In this document: one piece after another, positions 17,156 through 28,540 of the stretch
Layout of the letters: every line of letters starts with the position of its first letter
Position numbering within the stretch: position 1 is the stretch's first letter
Source of the DNA: Eledone cirrhosa
Lineage: Eukaryota
Assembly (NCBI GenBank): GCA_964016885.1
Contig: OZ024741.1
Span: 31,372,001-31,436,000, forward strand
Length of the DNA: 64,000 bases
Reading direction: 5' to 3'
The notes under the pieces: model-generated
The model's database searches: none
What the model saw: only the letters and a program-made list of their open reading frames with translations
What the model was told of the DNA's origin: nothing
Position numbers and translations under genes: made by a program

Positions 17156-17462
17156 TCATATGTGATGAATAATATAATATATACTGCGTGTAAATAAATA
17201 TTATATAGTTCTTGTTTTACTATATTTATATATAATATGTATCATTTGATATTTAATATATATATTATATTATCTCTACCACCCCCCCACCTCCTTCTTA
17301 CGCCTCAGGGAACCCCAGGACCTTCTCAACGACCGCCGAAGGGGGCAGTAGATCTCACTTTGAGAACCTCTGACCTAGATGATTGCCCGACTGCTAAATT
17401 TTTAACAAGAGGACCATGGAAAAGAAGATAGTCCAGCACTACAACCTTCACCAAGGAACAGC

Positions 17463-18810
17463 AACATCATCATCATCATCAATATCATCATCATCATCAC
17501 TAACATGATGATTATCATCATCATCATCATCATCATAATCCACATCATCATCATCATCACCATCATCATCATCAACATCACCATCATCATCAGCATCATA
17601 ATCAACATCATCATCATCATCTTCATCATCATCATCATCATCATCACCGTCATCATCACCATCATCATCATTATCATCACCATCAGCACCATCATCATCA
17701 TCACCATCAACGTATAGTATCATAGGTCTGTTCGATTATGGTTGATCTAGGACACCCATTTCACCCAACACCCCCACCCCAACCCTCATCGCACACACCA
17801 CCACCACCACCACCACCACCACCGACACCACCACCACCACAAACACCACCACCACCACCATCATCACCAGCACCAGCACCAACACCACCACCACCACCGA
17901 CACCACCACCACCGACACCACCACCACCACCGACACCACCACCACCACCATTATCACCACCACCACCACCATTATCACCAGCACCACCACCACCACAACC
18001 ACCACTGCTATCAACAACACGACAACCAATGAAACAGAAATCAATATATTTTATCTCCTTTTAAAAGCATGTGACACAGACGAAATGGTCGGACAGTATT
18101 TTAATTGACGACAGACAGACTCCAACTGACACCTATACCTCCTACCCCTCTTCCGACTTCTATTCCACCCATCAATGCCATTACCATCGCCTTGATCATT
18201 AACACCACCACCACCACCACCACCATCAGCAGCACCACCACCACCATCACTACCACCATACCACCACCACCATCATCAGCACCACCACCACCGCCATCAC
18301 CCCATACCACCACCACCACCACCAAATCACCCCCACCACACCCACCACCACACCCACCACCACAACAATCATAATCGCCACCAGCCATGACATTAACTGG
18401 CACCAAAACCACCACCCCTACCACAATAGCCATTACACCTACCACCAGTATCCCCACCTTCACCCCCACGGTCATCCCTACAATCATCCCCACCACTACC
18501 ATTAACAAGAATAACAACAACACCATCACCACCGCTACAAAATTGTATCTCTACCAATCGATACCACCACCACCACAACCACCACAACCACCACAACCAC
18601 CACAACTACCACCACTACAACCACCTCCACTGCAACCACCACCAGCACCACCACCACCACCACCATCATCATCACCACCAACACAATAATTGTATCTCTA
18701 CCCATTACTAGCGTCACCACCATCATCACCACTAACATCGCGCCCACCATCACCACCATCACAACTACCAGCATCACAACCACTATACCTCCGTCGTCAA
18801 CTACTACCTA
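17463..18810. repeat. (CAT)n and (CAC)n low-complexity tracts
   Basis: Directly visible; source of the poly-P/T/V/M/D ORFs. Confidence 0.95.
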
Positions 18811-19062
18811 CTCCTTCGTCTCCACGTGACCACCAGAACCATTAACACTCCCCCTGGACAATTATAGCCCTTAGCCCCCAACTCAGCCTCCACCGATAAC
18901 AACAAGTATTACCGAGGTAGCCCCTCTACTCACATCCACCTGTATGTGACACATGTGAGAAGAAATAATCGATAATCGATCAGCAGGTTTAGGTAGCGTT
19001 CAATAGATGTTTGCTGAAGATTAGTGACCACTTGCTACATATCTAGACACTTTATACTGATT

Positions 19063-19815
19063 CAACAATGATACCAACAACAACAGCAACAACAATAGCA
19101 ACATCAACAACAATAGCAACAGTGACAGCAACAACAATAGCAACAACAACAACAATGACACCACCAACAACAGCAACAACAATAGCAACAGCAACAATGA
19201 CACAAACAACAGCAATAACAACAATAGCAACAACAACAGCAACAACGACAAAAACGACAACAATAGCAACAACAACAGCAACAACAACAAAAACGACAAC
19301 AATGGCAACAACAACAACAACAACAACAAAAACGACAACAATAGCGAAAACAACAGTAACAACAACAAAAACGACAACAATAGCAACAACAACAGCAACA
19401 ACAACAAAAACGACAACAATAGCAACAACAACAGCAACAACAAAAACGACAACAATAGCAACAACAACAGCAACAACAACAAAAACGACAACAATAGCAA
19501 CAACAACAACAAAAAAACAACCACAATAGCAACAACAACAGCAACAGCAACAAAAACGACAACAATAGCAACAACAACAACGACAAAAACGACAACAATG
19601 GCACCAACAGCAACAACAACAAAAACGACAACAATAGCAACAACAACAACGACAAAAACGACAACAATAGCAACAACAGCAACAACAACAAAAACGACAA
19701 CAATAGCAACAACAACGGCAACAACAACAAAAACGACAACAATAGCAACAATAACAGCAACAACAACAAAAACGACAACAATAGCAACAATAACAGCAAC
19801 AACAACAAAAACGAC
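19063..19815. repeat. (CAA)n-derived minisatellite, ~30-36-bp unit with AAAACGACAACAATAG
   Basis: Directly visible. Confidence 0.95.
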
Positions 19816-19997
19816 AGTTAAAAATTGCAGTTATCAATAAGATGAGTTGAAATTAATGGTTGCAAGATTTTACAGCTATAACGTCACTCCATAGGCTGAC
19901 CAAGATACTCTAATGAAATGGGCGAATGAGGTTGAATTTTCAACATAGTCCCTGGAAAGAAACAATGTAGTTATTAATAAGAAGAGTTATGATATAC

Positions 19998-20092
<95 letters not shown>

Positions 20093-20223
20093 GTAGGTCC
20101 CGGGTTGAGTCGGGGATAACCACAGTAAGTAAGGTACTCAATACATGGCAGAGTAAAATTTTTTTATTTTATAGAAGGAGCTTCTACAGGACTAGTACTG
20201 TTTCATTCGTACTAGTACGAGCT

Positions 20224-20525
20224 TCTACAGGACTACTACAGGACTAGTACGGGACTACTACAGGACTACTACGGGACTACTACAGGACTACTACAGGACT
20301 ACTACAGGACTACTACAGGACTACTACAGGACTACTACAGGACTACTACAGGACTAGTACGGGACTACTACAGGACTACTACGGGACTACTACAGGACTA
20401 CTACAGGACTACTACAGGACTACTACAGGACTACTACAGGACTACTACAGGACTACTACAGGACTACTACAGGACTACTACAGGACTACTACAGGACTAC
20501 TACAGGACTACTACAGGACTAGTAC
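20224..20525. repeat. 11-bp tandem array (TACAGGACTAC), about 27 units
   Basis: Directly visible; bracketed by direct copies of GAGCTTCTACAGGACTAGTACTGTTTCATTCGTACTAGTA. Confidence 0.97.
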
Positions 20526-20566
20526 GAGCTTCTACAGGACTAGTACTGTTTCATTCGTACTAGTAA

Positions 20567-20619
20567 GAGCTTCCTGAAGATTTCATCTGAATGAAACAGT
20601 ACTAGTCCTGTAGAAGCTC
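20567..20619 (+). ncRNA. Type I hammerhead ribozyme
   Basis: GAGCTTC-CTGAAGA-T TTC atct GAA T-GAA-ACAG tactagtc CTGT-A-GAAGCTC: 7-bp stem I, intact core, 4-bp stem III, GUA site. Confidence 0.85.
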
Positions 20620-20830
20620 CTTCTATAAAATAAAAATATATATATATATATATATATAAATATATATAAAAGTTTACATATATATATACATACACATACA
20701 TATACGTGTTTTGCAACTGGTCACTTTTTGGCTCAATGAAAAATTAATAAATTAAATAATCAGAGCTATATATCATAAAACATGTCTATAGAATCACAAG
20801 ATAAAATATATACTATTTCCTCTCCCAATT

Positions 20831-21175
20831 AGCATAATTAACTATATAAAAAATCGAATAGACCAGGCTATACGAATGAGGCTTCTATGAAGGAATCTCC
20901 AACAAATAACCAAAACTAGCGCTTCGCGTCGGCCGTAGTGGAATATTTATCGAATATTTCGACAGCGTAATCGCCTAGATACAGTCAACTAAGCAGAATT
21001 AGGTTTTATGATATATATATATATAGTTAGGCGATTACGCTGTCGAAATATTCGATAAATATTCCACTACGGCCGACGCGAAGCGCTAGTTTTGGTTATT
21101 TGTTGGAGATTCCTTCATAGAAGCCTCATTCGTATAGCCTGGTCTATTCGATTTTTTATATAGTTAATTATGCTA
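20831..21175. repeat. Near-perfect ~147-bp inverted repeat with ~50-bp spacer
   Basis: 20831-20977 is the reverse complement of 21028-21175. Confidence 0.95.
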
Positions 21176-22497
21176 AAGTACATAAAAGCGAATCAATCAG
21201 TAAGGCATGCAAGGAAGCCACAGACATAGTCATCAATGTCCCCTCACCCAATGATCTCAAATTAAGACCTATAATAGCAGGCCCCGCTTGCGAAACGCAC
21301 CGTCTTAGCAACTTCATTGATACCCTTCTCAAACCCTTCCTCAAGCACATCAAAAGCTATATAAGGGAAGACCTAGATATGCTCAATCACTTCCCTAATA
21401 TGCCACTTTCTGAACAAACCCTACTAGTGACGTTCGATGTAGTCAACCTATACTCCAACATCCCCACAACCTAGGAATAGAAGCTATCCAATTCTGGCTG
21501 GATAATTTCCACAATGAACTCCCACAACGCATCAAAAAAGAATTCGTGATAGAGGGACTCAAATTTATCTTGGAGAACAATTACTTCGTTTTCAATAACA
21601 AACCCTACAGGCAGAAATCTGGGACCGCTATGGGAACGAAAACAGCCCCTACTTATGCCAACCTAGTCATGGGATACCTGGAAATCACCCTCTACACTAA
21701 AGTCCTAAACAAATTTGGAAACACCCTCCACTTACACATTGAAAGGAACTGGAAGCGATATCTAGATGACTGCTTCATCCTTTGGCACGAAAACATCGAA
21801 AAACTTAAAGAATTTCACACCCTTATAAATGGGCTCAACACAAATATTAACTTCACGATGAAATACAGCCATCAACAACTCCCCTTCCATACATCTCCAC
21901 ACACAACCCCCTCAACAATGAGGCCTTTGACACCATCCTCCAGAACATCCCTGTATTGAAAAAGGACCATAGAATGAACCAAATTCTACGAACACACGAT
22001 ATCATAAAGAGCACAAGACAATCCAAGTCAATGAAAAACATCTTAACACATGCCAAAGTACTGCCAACCACAACAACGAAACCCACAGTAAAAAAATGCG
22101 ATAGACCCAACTGTGGCATTTGCATCAACCTAATAGAGGGTTCGGAATTCTATTTCAAAGATGGACAACGTTTTATAGCAAAACACAATTTCACATGTGC
22201 ATCGGAAAATCTAATATATGTATTAACTTGTTCAGGTTGTCGAGAACAATACATAGGCCAGACCAAAAACAGCCTCCGCCAACGCATGACTGTCCATAGA
22301 TCCCAAATTAAAATACGGGAATACAGGAAAATACCACTGAGTGAACACATTGATACCTGTGCCGCCCAAAATCATCCCAACTTCAGAATCTTTCTCCTCT
22401 ACAAATTTAAAGATAATGCCACCCACACGAAAGCGCATCAGCAAGGAATCTTACTTCATTAACAAATACGGACCCCGTCTAAACACTTCTCCCTAAG
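21175..22497 (+). mobile_element. Penelope-like element (Neptune-like), 5'-truncated RT + GIY-YIG, internally deleted
   Basis: LRPIIAG, TFDVVNLYSNIP, QKSGTAMGTKTAPTYANL, RYLDD; Cys linker CDRPNCGIC; NLIYVLTC..C..QYIGQT..LRQR. Frameshifted. Confidence 0.92.
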
Positions 22498-23007
22498 ACG
22501 AACCCACAACATACACACGTCAACATACATACCTACATCAGCACACATCTCTACCCACATATAAACACAATGACACACGTAAACACACATGCTCTATGGT
22601 GCAATACAAAAAATATATGTGCATATATATGTATGTATATATGTATATATATATATATATATATGTAGTGAATATATGTATGTGTATATATATATATATA
22701 TAGTGAATATCATTTCACACCTTTTATTGTTAAGATTTTTGATGTTCTATTAAGAGAACCGATTTTACTGAAATAATCGAATAATGTACACCATTTTACC
22801 AGGGGGAAAAAAATACTGGTCCACCCACACACACATATATACACAAACACATACACACGCGTACATCAACATACAAAGAGACTTATACACACACACACAC
22901 ACACGCACTTCTCCGTATAAGACAAAAGCTGAAAAATATCTTTTGACATGCTAAAATACCCCCCATTGCTTTCAGACACATTCTTACTGACCATCGAATT
23001 ACTCTGC

Positions 23008-23119
<112 letters not shown>

Positions 23120-23146
23120 TATTTGTTGTGAAAGAGTCATTTCTCA

Positions 23147-23375
23147 ATCTTGGCGCAAAACCAATTTTTTATCCACATGACCTCTACCGACCAATCAAAA
23201 TTGTTTTGACCAAGAATTTTTGCTGGAGCCACTTTTTTAACATATACACAGTCTTGGCGCAAAATCAACTTTTTACATTCACATGACCTCTACCGACCAA
23301 TCAAAATTGTTTTGACCACAAGCATTTTTGCAACACAAAAATAACGCTGGAGCCACTTTTTTAACATAAAAACAG
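23147..23375. repeat. ~105-bp tandem duplication
   Basis: TCTTGGCGCAAAA...CACATGACCTCTACCGACCAATCAAAATTGTTTTGACCA occurs twice. Confidence 0.85.
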
Positions 23376-23626
23376 GTAGAATTCCCAAAACTAATCAGAT
23401 CAGAGCAAACAGCACGGACACTCTATCTCAAAATTATTTTTGAAAAGCATTTAGAAATGCGCAACCGGTAAAAACTTAAAAACTTAAAACCACAACTGAA
23501 TACTAACCCATACAATCACTAATACTCTTTTATTCCTAATTAAACCATTTTTCAACTGTGAACAATTTGTCAGCATTTTCTATTCCGTTTACCAATATAT
23601 ATATATATATAAATATATATATATAT

Positions 23627-23667
<41 letters not shown>

Positions 23668-23747
23668 TATATATATATATATATATATGTTTATATATAT
23701 ATATATATATATAAGTTTATATATATATATATATATATATATAAGTT

Positions 23748-23788
<41 letters not shown>

Positions 23789-23908
23789 AGGAGGTGAGTA
23801 TTGTAGTACAATAAAGCAATGCAGCTATCGGATAAGTAGCACTTTACAGTTTGTAGGACTGGAGTATAAATAATATATAAGATCAAAAGATGTTTAAAAG
23901 AGTTCCAT

Positions 23909-23981
23909 GTATTTTATTATGCGCATTTCAAAAACAAATATCATCATGCGATGACATTTGCGTTTTCGTCAGATAAAATAC
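23909..23981 (-). ncRNA. Type I hammerhead ribozyme, long stem II, palindromic stem-loop III
   Basis: GTATTTTAT-CTGACGA-[36-nt hairpin]-GAA-ATGCGCAT-A-ATAAAATAC; perfect 9-bp stem I. Confidence 0.9.
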
Positions 23982-24120
23982 GGAGATATGATAAGAAGGT
24001 TAAAAAACACTTGTGAATAGTGCAGTTTTAAATCAACATATCAAGTTTTTGAAATGCGCATAATAAAATACATGGAACTCTTTTAACCATCTTTTGATCT
24101 TATATATTATATATATATAT

Positions 24121-24842
<722 letters not shown>

Positions 24843-24908
24843 TATAATATGTATGTATGTTTGTATGTATATATATAATATATGTATGTATGTTTGTATA
24901 TATATATA

Positions 24909-25309
24909 TGACCCCTTAGCCTTTGTCAAGGCAGAATTCTAGGAGAAGGAAAACTCTGATATGACACCTGTAACCCTGATGGTATCCAATCATGTTGATT
25001 TGTTCTTCTTTTTGGTAAATATCATCTTGGTTAAGTGTGGGACTGGGTTTGTGCAGTGCCTTTGCTCACTATAAAAGCTTGACGGCACAGGCATTGCTTT
25101 ATATCTGGAGATCTCTCTGCACTTGTCGTCACATGGTACCATGGGCCCAGCACTATGTGTCAATAATTGTCACAAGTGTAGTGTTTGTACCAGAGTTTTC
25201 AAGTCGCTGACTGGACTAAGAAGTCACACTCGTTCAGCGCATCGGTGGGGGTTGTCCTACATGGATATAAAGTAGTGGCCGTACTCGAAAACGAGTTGGC
25301 AGCCACCAT
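24909..25309 (+). mobile_element. Unclassified interspersed repeat, family X
   Basis: Close reverse-complement match to 40556-40956; diverged relative near 49600-49810; flanked by (TA)n. Confidence 0.8.
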
Positions 25310-25327
25310 ATATATATATATATATAT

Positions 25328-25392
<65 letters not shown>

Positions 25393-25460
25393 AAGGTTTA
25401 GCAAATAATGAAAAAGTTTCAAAATAAATTTTAAAAAATTGACTTTACCTACTATAGTTA

Positions 25461-25541
25461 CCTTTACCGATCGGTTTCGAATCCCAAAAATAAACGGAGG
25501 CCATACGGCCTTCGTTGCAAAGAAAGATTCTCGTCAGAAGG
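25461..25541 (-). ncRNA. Type I hammerhead ribozyme, 52-nt stem II
   Basis: CCTT-CTGACGA-GAATCTT..AACGAAGGCC gtat GGCCTCCGTT..GGGATTC-GAA-ACCGATCGGT-A-AAGG. Confidence 0.9.
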
Positions 25542-25944
25542 TTCTTTTCATTCGAAGAATATAAAATTCTTGAATTTAAATTACGAACTAGCGCTATCCA
25601 AAACTGTTCCCGAGATGAGAGTGAATGAAGTGGAATCAATCTTTTCAAGGGCCGAAGTAAAGATAGAGGCAGAGGGAGGTAGGTCAACCGGCCGCAACTA
25701 TCACTAGCAGCAGTCGGAACGACCAAATTTGCTTCTCAACAATAGAGGAGAATAGTAATAATAGGATATGTGTTCCTTCACGCACAAGGCGCTATGGGAC
25801 GCATGTATTGTCCAACCAAATGCCAATGTGGCTCAATGGCAGGTTAATAAATTAACGAGCCAGAACATATATAAACAAGGTTTAGCAAATAATGAAAAAG
25901 TTTCAAAATAAATTTTAAAAAATTGACTTTACCTACTATAGTTA

Positions 25945-26025
25945 CCTTTACCGATCGGTTTCGAATCCCGAAAATAAACGGAGGCCATACGGCCTTCGTT
26001 GCAAAGAAAGATTCTCGTCAGAAGG
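25945..26025 (-). ncRNA. Type I hammerhead ribozyme, second tandem copy
   Basis: Same as 25461-25541 except one change within the stem II region. Confidence 0.9.
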
Positions 26026-27489
26026 TTCTTTTCATTCGAAGAATATAAAATTCTTGAATTTAAATTACGAACTAGCGCTATCCAAAACTGTTCCCGAGAT
26101 GATTTGCTAAACCTTGTTTATATATGTTCTGGCTCGTTAATTTATTAACCTGCCATTGAACCACATTGGCATTTGGTTGGACAATACATGCGTCCCTTAG
26201 CGCCTTGTGCGTGAAGGAACACATATCCTATTATATATATATATATATATTTAATATTAATATATATACAGATACTGTATATAAATATGAATAGATATAT
26301 ACATCAATATATAAATATATATATACATAAAAATCAACAATCTTACATTTTCTATTTCTTGTTTGACAAGTTTCTCGTCAAACCCATAGCGAAGGAAATA
26401 CATAGCATCCTGTCCCCTGAAGCACCTTCCTATTCACACATCAATTGTGATGGAGAGGGTCAGACGCAAGAATGAGCCGCGAAATGTGGAGATAACTATT
26501 CTGCACATCTTTCTCACCAAAGTGCATTGTTATCCATTCGATATTTAGTCCGCAAGACCATGAGACAATTATGTATACATGACACACTGAGATTTCCTTT
26601 TCCTCTTTAGGACTAAAAAAACGAATGTCTCCATTCTTGAAAATGACTTGTTTAGTCCACGCACGATAGAAATATTTTTTTAGTGTCATGAGGAAGTGAA
26701 CTCTTAAGGGATAAAGATAAATTATTTCCCTTCGTTTTGTAAGGATATTCACGAGAATTCAGAGTAACAATATAAATAAATGCATTAGTCCTAAAATAAA
26801 ATCTACAAATAATAAATAAGAAAAATTAATATAGGTTTAATTTATGTACATCGTTATATATATATATATCCGTTCTTGTCTAACGACCTTGTGAAACTCC
26901 AGAAAAGCAAGACTCACTATTCAGCCAAAATAATATGAACATACACACACACACCATAGTAATATTAATGAGAGTAAATTTTCCTAATTTTCTAGGTGTC
27001 CTTTTAAATCAATGCAATAATAGTATCATGCAGTGCTGTTATATAGTTACAGTTTCTACCCAGGTTATGCTACATATAGCAAATCATTTTATTTAAGAAT
27101 TTGACATTAGTGGGTATAGACCGTGGGTGTCATCAGAGTTGAATTAAAATACCGATACACGTCACTCGGGAAAAACATTTAGAACATATACTATATATAT
27201 ATCACTCATCAAAATATCCCGATAAAAGTTTACAGTTGGAAATACAGATACAAAAACATAGCAGTGAGAAAAATATATTGTTAGTTGTGTTTCTTAGAGT
27301 GAATTCATAGAGTTTATGGTTTAAAATGGTGTCATTTGTACTAAAAGTTTTCCTAAAATGAATTTGAATAAATAAAGTTTCAACAAAGCAATATTCATAT
27401 TTATCTGAAGCAATCCAAAAGTTATATGATTTTTAAAGGAGATTTACTTTACTGAAAAAAAAAAATATATATATATATATATATATTTA

Positions 27490-27552
27490 AATTCCACTCA
27501 TATTTGCTATTCAGTCTAGGTTTTCTTAATTCTATTTCTGTAGCCTCCATAA

Positions 27553-27592
<40 letters not shown>

Positions 27593-27654
27593 TTATGGAG
27601 GCTACAGAAATAGAATTAAAAAAACCTAGACTGAATAGAAAATATGAGTGGAAT
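27490..27654. repeat. ~65-bp inverted repeat centred on (TA)n
   Basis: ATTCCACTCATATTT...CCATAAATTG and its reverse complement flank a TA run. Confidence 0.85.
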
Positions 27655-27859
27655 AGCAACAACTGTACACAAATAAACTTTTGATCAAGGATAGAATATA
27701 AATATACACAAATGCAATAACAACACGCACACACAAATACACACTAGTGACCGAAGATAAAATATAAACACATCAACACACATATTCAGAGACGAACACA
27801 CGAGCACACACTAAACAGAATACACGCACGCAAACGCATTTGGAAACAGACAAAAAATT

Positions 27860-28107
27860 TTAAAAAATGTTATAGAAACACAACCGAAGGGAACACAGTA
27901 ATATCGACTGAAGATGTCACAAAAATGCGTGACGAAAGAACATTAGTAAATTATATCTATATTCATATTTTTAACTGTTGGTCAATCAATGATAAACATT
28001 TATTGACAGCAAAATTATTTATGAAAATGCAGAAATATACTGAAGCAAAAACCAAACCAAACAGTGGCAATATTAGGACAACATGACCCTCCCCAAATTT
28101 AACAATG
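27860..28107 (+). mobile_element. PLE 3' end (pLTR) remnant with decayed minimal HHR at 27908-27945
   Basis: CTGAAGA-T GTCAC..GTGAC-GAAAGAAC and downstream CATGACCCTCCC match the 3' end of the PLE at 56310-56561 and the remnant at 49200-49460. Stem I does not pair. Confidence 0.7.
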
Positions 28108-28194
28108 CTCCTGTAATCACTTGTTGTTGTCCTTCTTCTTTCCCTTCTTCAATTCCTATGCTGCTGTGGGTGCCGCTGGACTCTGATGATGATG

Positions 28195-28420
28195 TTCTTA
28201 TAAGCTTTTCTATCTATGGCACTGTGTGTATGACAGCTCACACCTATGCAGGTTTAGCTGGCCTCCTGCAAGGTATATCTCGTTGGAGGTGTCTTGGGTC
28301 ATTTAATGATAGGGACCTCCGTCCTATCATCTCATTTCTACAGCTGAGTAAACTGGAGCAACGTGAAATAAAGTGTCTTGCTCAAGGCACGGACCTTAAC
28401 ATGGTTGAAGTTGAGCCGTT
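28195..28420 (-). mobile_element. Second SINE family, fragment
   Basis: Minus strand CCTTGAGCAAGACACTTTATTTCACGTTGCTCCAGTTTACTCAGCTGTA resembles conserved post-tRNA SINE core sequence. Confidence 0.55.
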
Positions 28421-28472
28421 GCGATTCAAGTCCTTCTCAGTATGTATATATATATGTATATATCTATATCTA

Positions 28473-28539
<67 letters not shown>

Positions 28540-28540
28540 A

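Larger units (their letters stand above)
16660..17372. mobile_element. Non-autonomous hAT (Charlie-like) DNA transposon with nested SINE pair
   Basis: TIRs CAGACGTTCTCAAA / TTTGAGAACCTCTG; exact 8-bp TSD ACCTAGAT at 16652-16659 and 17373-17380. Confidence 0.9.
25385..26232 (-). mobile_element. Non-coding 484-bp tandem element with two HHRs and an inverted terminal copy (retrozyme / non-autonomous PLE candidate)
   Basis: 25385-25619 recurs at 25869-26102; 26103-26232 is an inverted copy of ~25759-25890; (TA)n on both sides. Confidence 0.8.

Noticed and set aside
14286-19840. Poly-Q, mucin-like and proline-rich ORFs
   Set aside because: Pure trinucleotide repeats open in several frames on both strands.
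1-20525. CRISPR-like arrays (18-bp, 41-bp and 11-bp repeats)
   Set aside because: No unique spacers, no cas genes, eukaryotic context.
20831-21175. Ribozyme within the 147-bp inverted repeat
   Set aside because: No CUGANGA core on either strand.
27045-27140. Minus-strand CTGATGA-CACCCA..TGGGTA-GAAAC
   Set aside because: Core and stem II base are present but stems I and III do not pair.
28378-28540. N-terminal 54 aa of the 782-aa ORF
   Set aside because: Read-through of SINE and (TATC)n sequence upstream of the truncated LINE.
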